Below are positions 63,170 to 64,000 of a DNA stretch of 64,000 bases, in pieces (the first letter of the stretch is position 1; every line of letters starts with the position of its first letter). The position numbers were made by a program, and so were the translations under genes. The DNA comes from Macrostomum lignano (taxonomy: Eukaryota): positions 66,729 to 130,728 of the forward strand of contig NIVC01002016.1 in NCBI GenBank assembly GCA_002269645.1. The letters run 5' to 3'. Under the pieces are notes generated by a model. That model ran no database searches and was not told the origin of the DNA. It saw only the letters and a program-made list of their open reading frames with translations.

Positions 63170-64000
63170 TCTCCTCTCCCATCCCTCTTCTACTCTCTAC
63201 TCTCTCCCCTCTTCATTCTCCTATTTCCTCTTCTCTCTCCCTGTCTCTCCTCTCTCCTCTAGTCTCTGTAATCTCTTCTCTCTTATCTCTCCTCTGTTCT
63301 CTCTACTCTCCCATCTCTCGTCTGTTCACCCTCATCTCTGCTCTCTCATCTGTCATCTTTACTCTCTAATACGTTCTCTCACTTATCTCCTCTGTACTCT
63401 TCTCTTTCACCTCTTCTGACTCCTCTCTTTCCTTACTCCTCTCTTCTATACTCTCTCTCCTCTAATATCTTCTCTCATCTCTCTGCACTCTCCTCTCACC
63501 TTTTTCATCTCTTATCTTTACTCTCTCATCTCTCCTTTCATTTGTCTCATCTCTACCTACAATCTCATCTCTCCTTTCTCCCCTCTTCTTACATCCCTCT
63601 CTTATCTCTATTATCTCTATCTCTTCTCTTCTCACTCTTCTCTCCCCCTCTTATCTTCTCTCTTCTCTATCCTTTCTACTCTCTCCTCTCCTCTTGACCC
63701 TCTGTCATCTTCTTTCTGCTCTCTCATCTCTACTCTTTTCTCACTCTTCTCTACTCTCCTCTCATCGATCCTCTGTCTCATCTCTCCCCTCTTCTCACCT
63801 TTACTCTTTCCTCTCCCTCCTTTCTCCCCTCCTCTCGCTTCTTCCTCCCTTCTTCTCTGCTCTCTCCTCACCACTTGTCTCTTCTCTTATCTTCCATGTT
63901 TTCTCTTATCCCCGTCCCGCCTCTCCTCTCTTCTAATAGTCTATTCCTTCTCCTTTCCACTCTCATCTGGCCCGCACATAAGCTGGATTCTTTATCTGGC
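62125..64000 (-). mobile_element. Non-autonomous Helitron-like element, unit 2 (runs off the window)
   Basis: Same 3' terminus (CAAGCTGTT.AAACCCGCGGATTTTGAACCCGGGGAATTCCAATCCCCGGAAC) and same order of blocks as unit 1, visibly diverged. Confidence 0.65.
62420..63940. repeat. CT-rich low-complexity tract including (CT)n
   Basis: Direct; paralogous to 59330-60860. Confidence 0.95.

Overview
Eukaryotic animal DNA: GC-rich, poly-Q/A/G-containing exons sit in AT-rich spacers packed with micro- and minisatellites. The style suggests a flatworm such as Macrostomum (inference, not proven). Genes supported from sequence: two single-exon class A GPCRs (2853-4150, Srw/peptide-receptor-like, with a 1-nt frameshift; 29389-30624, Tre1/Moody/GPR84-like), a Cys-rich orphan ORF (12804-13442), a 4-exon C2H2 zinc-finger gene (16877-21458, -), and a same-strand trio of Pcc1/LAGE3, a diverged multi-RRM-like gene and a second 6-finger C2H2 gene (47244-55871, -). 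Mobile DNA: a truncated mariner, a short Merlin/IS1595-type element with perfect TIRs and a 9-bp TSD, and two head-to-tail Helitron-like units. The best find is a 315-bp insertion in an intronic minisatellite (18348-18662) that starts at G1 of a near-canonical HDV-like self-cleaving ribozyme fold and ends in a (GAA)n tail, i.e. a candidate ribozyme-headed, RTE-derived short retroelement. About 25 distinct tandem arrays account for most of the long low-complexity ORFs in the ORF track, which are not genes. All homology calls are by eye; no searches were run.
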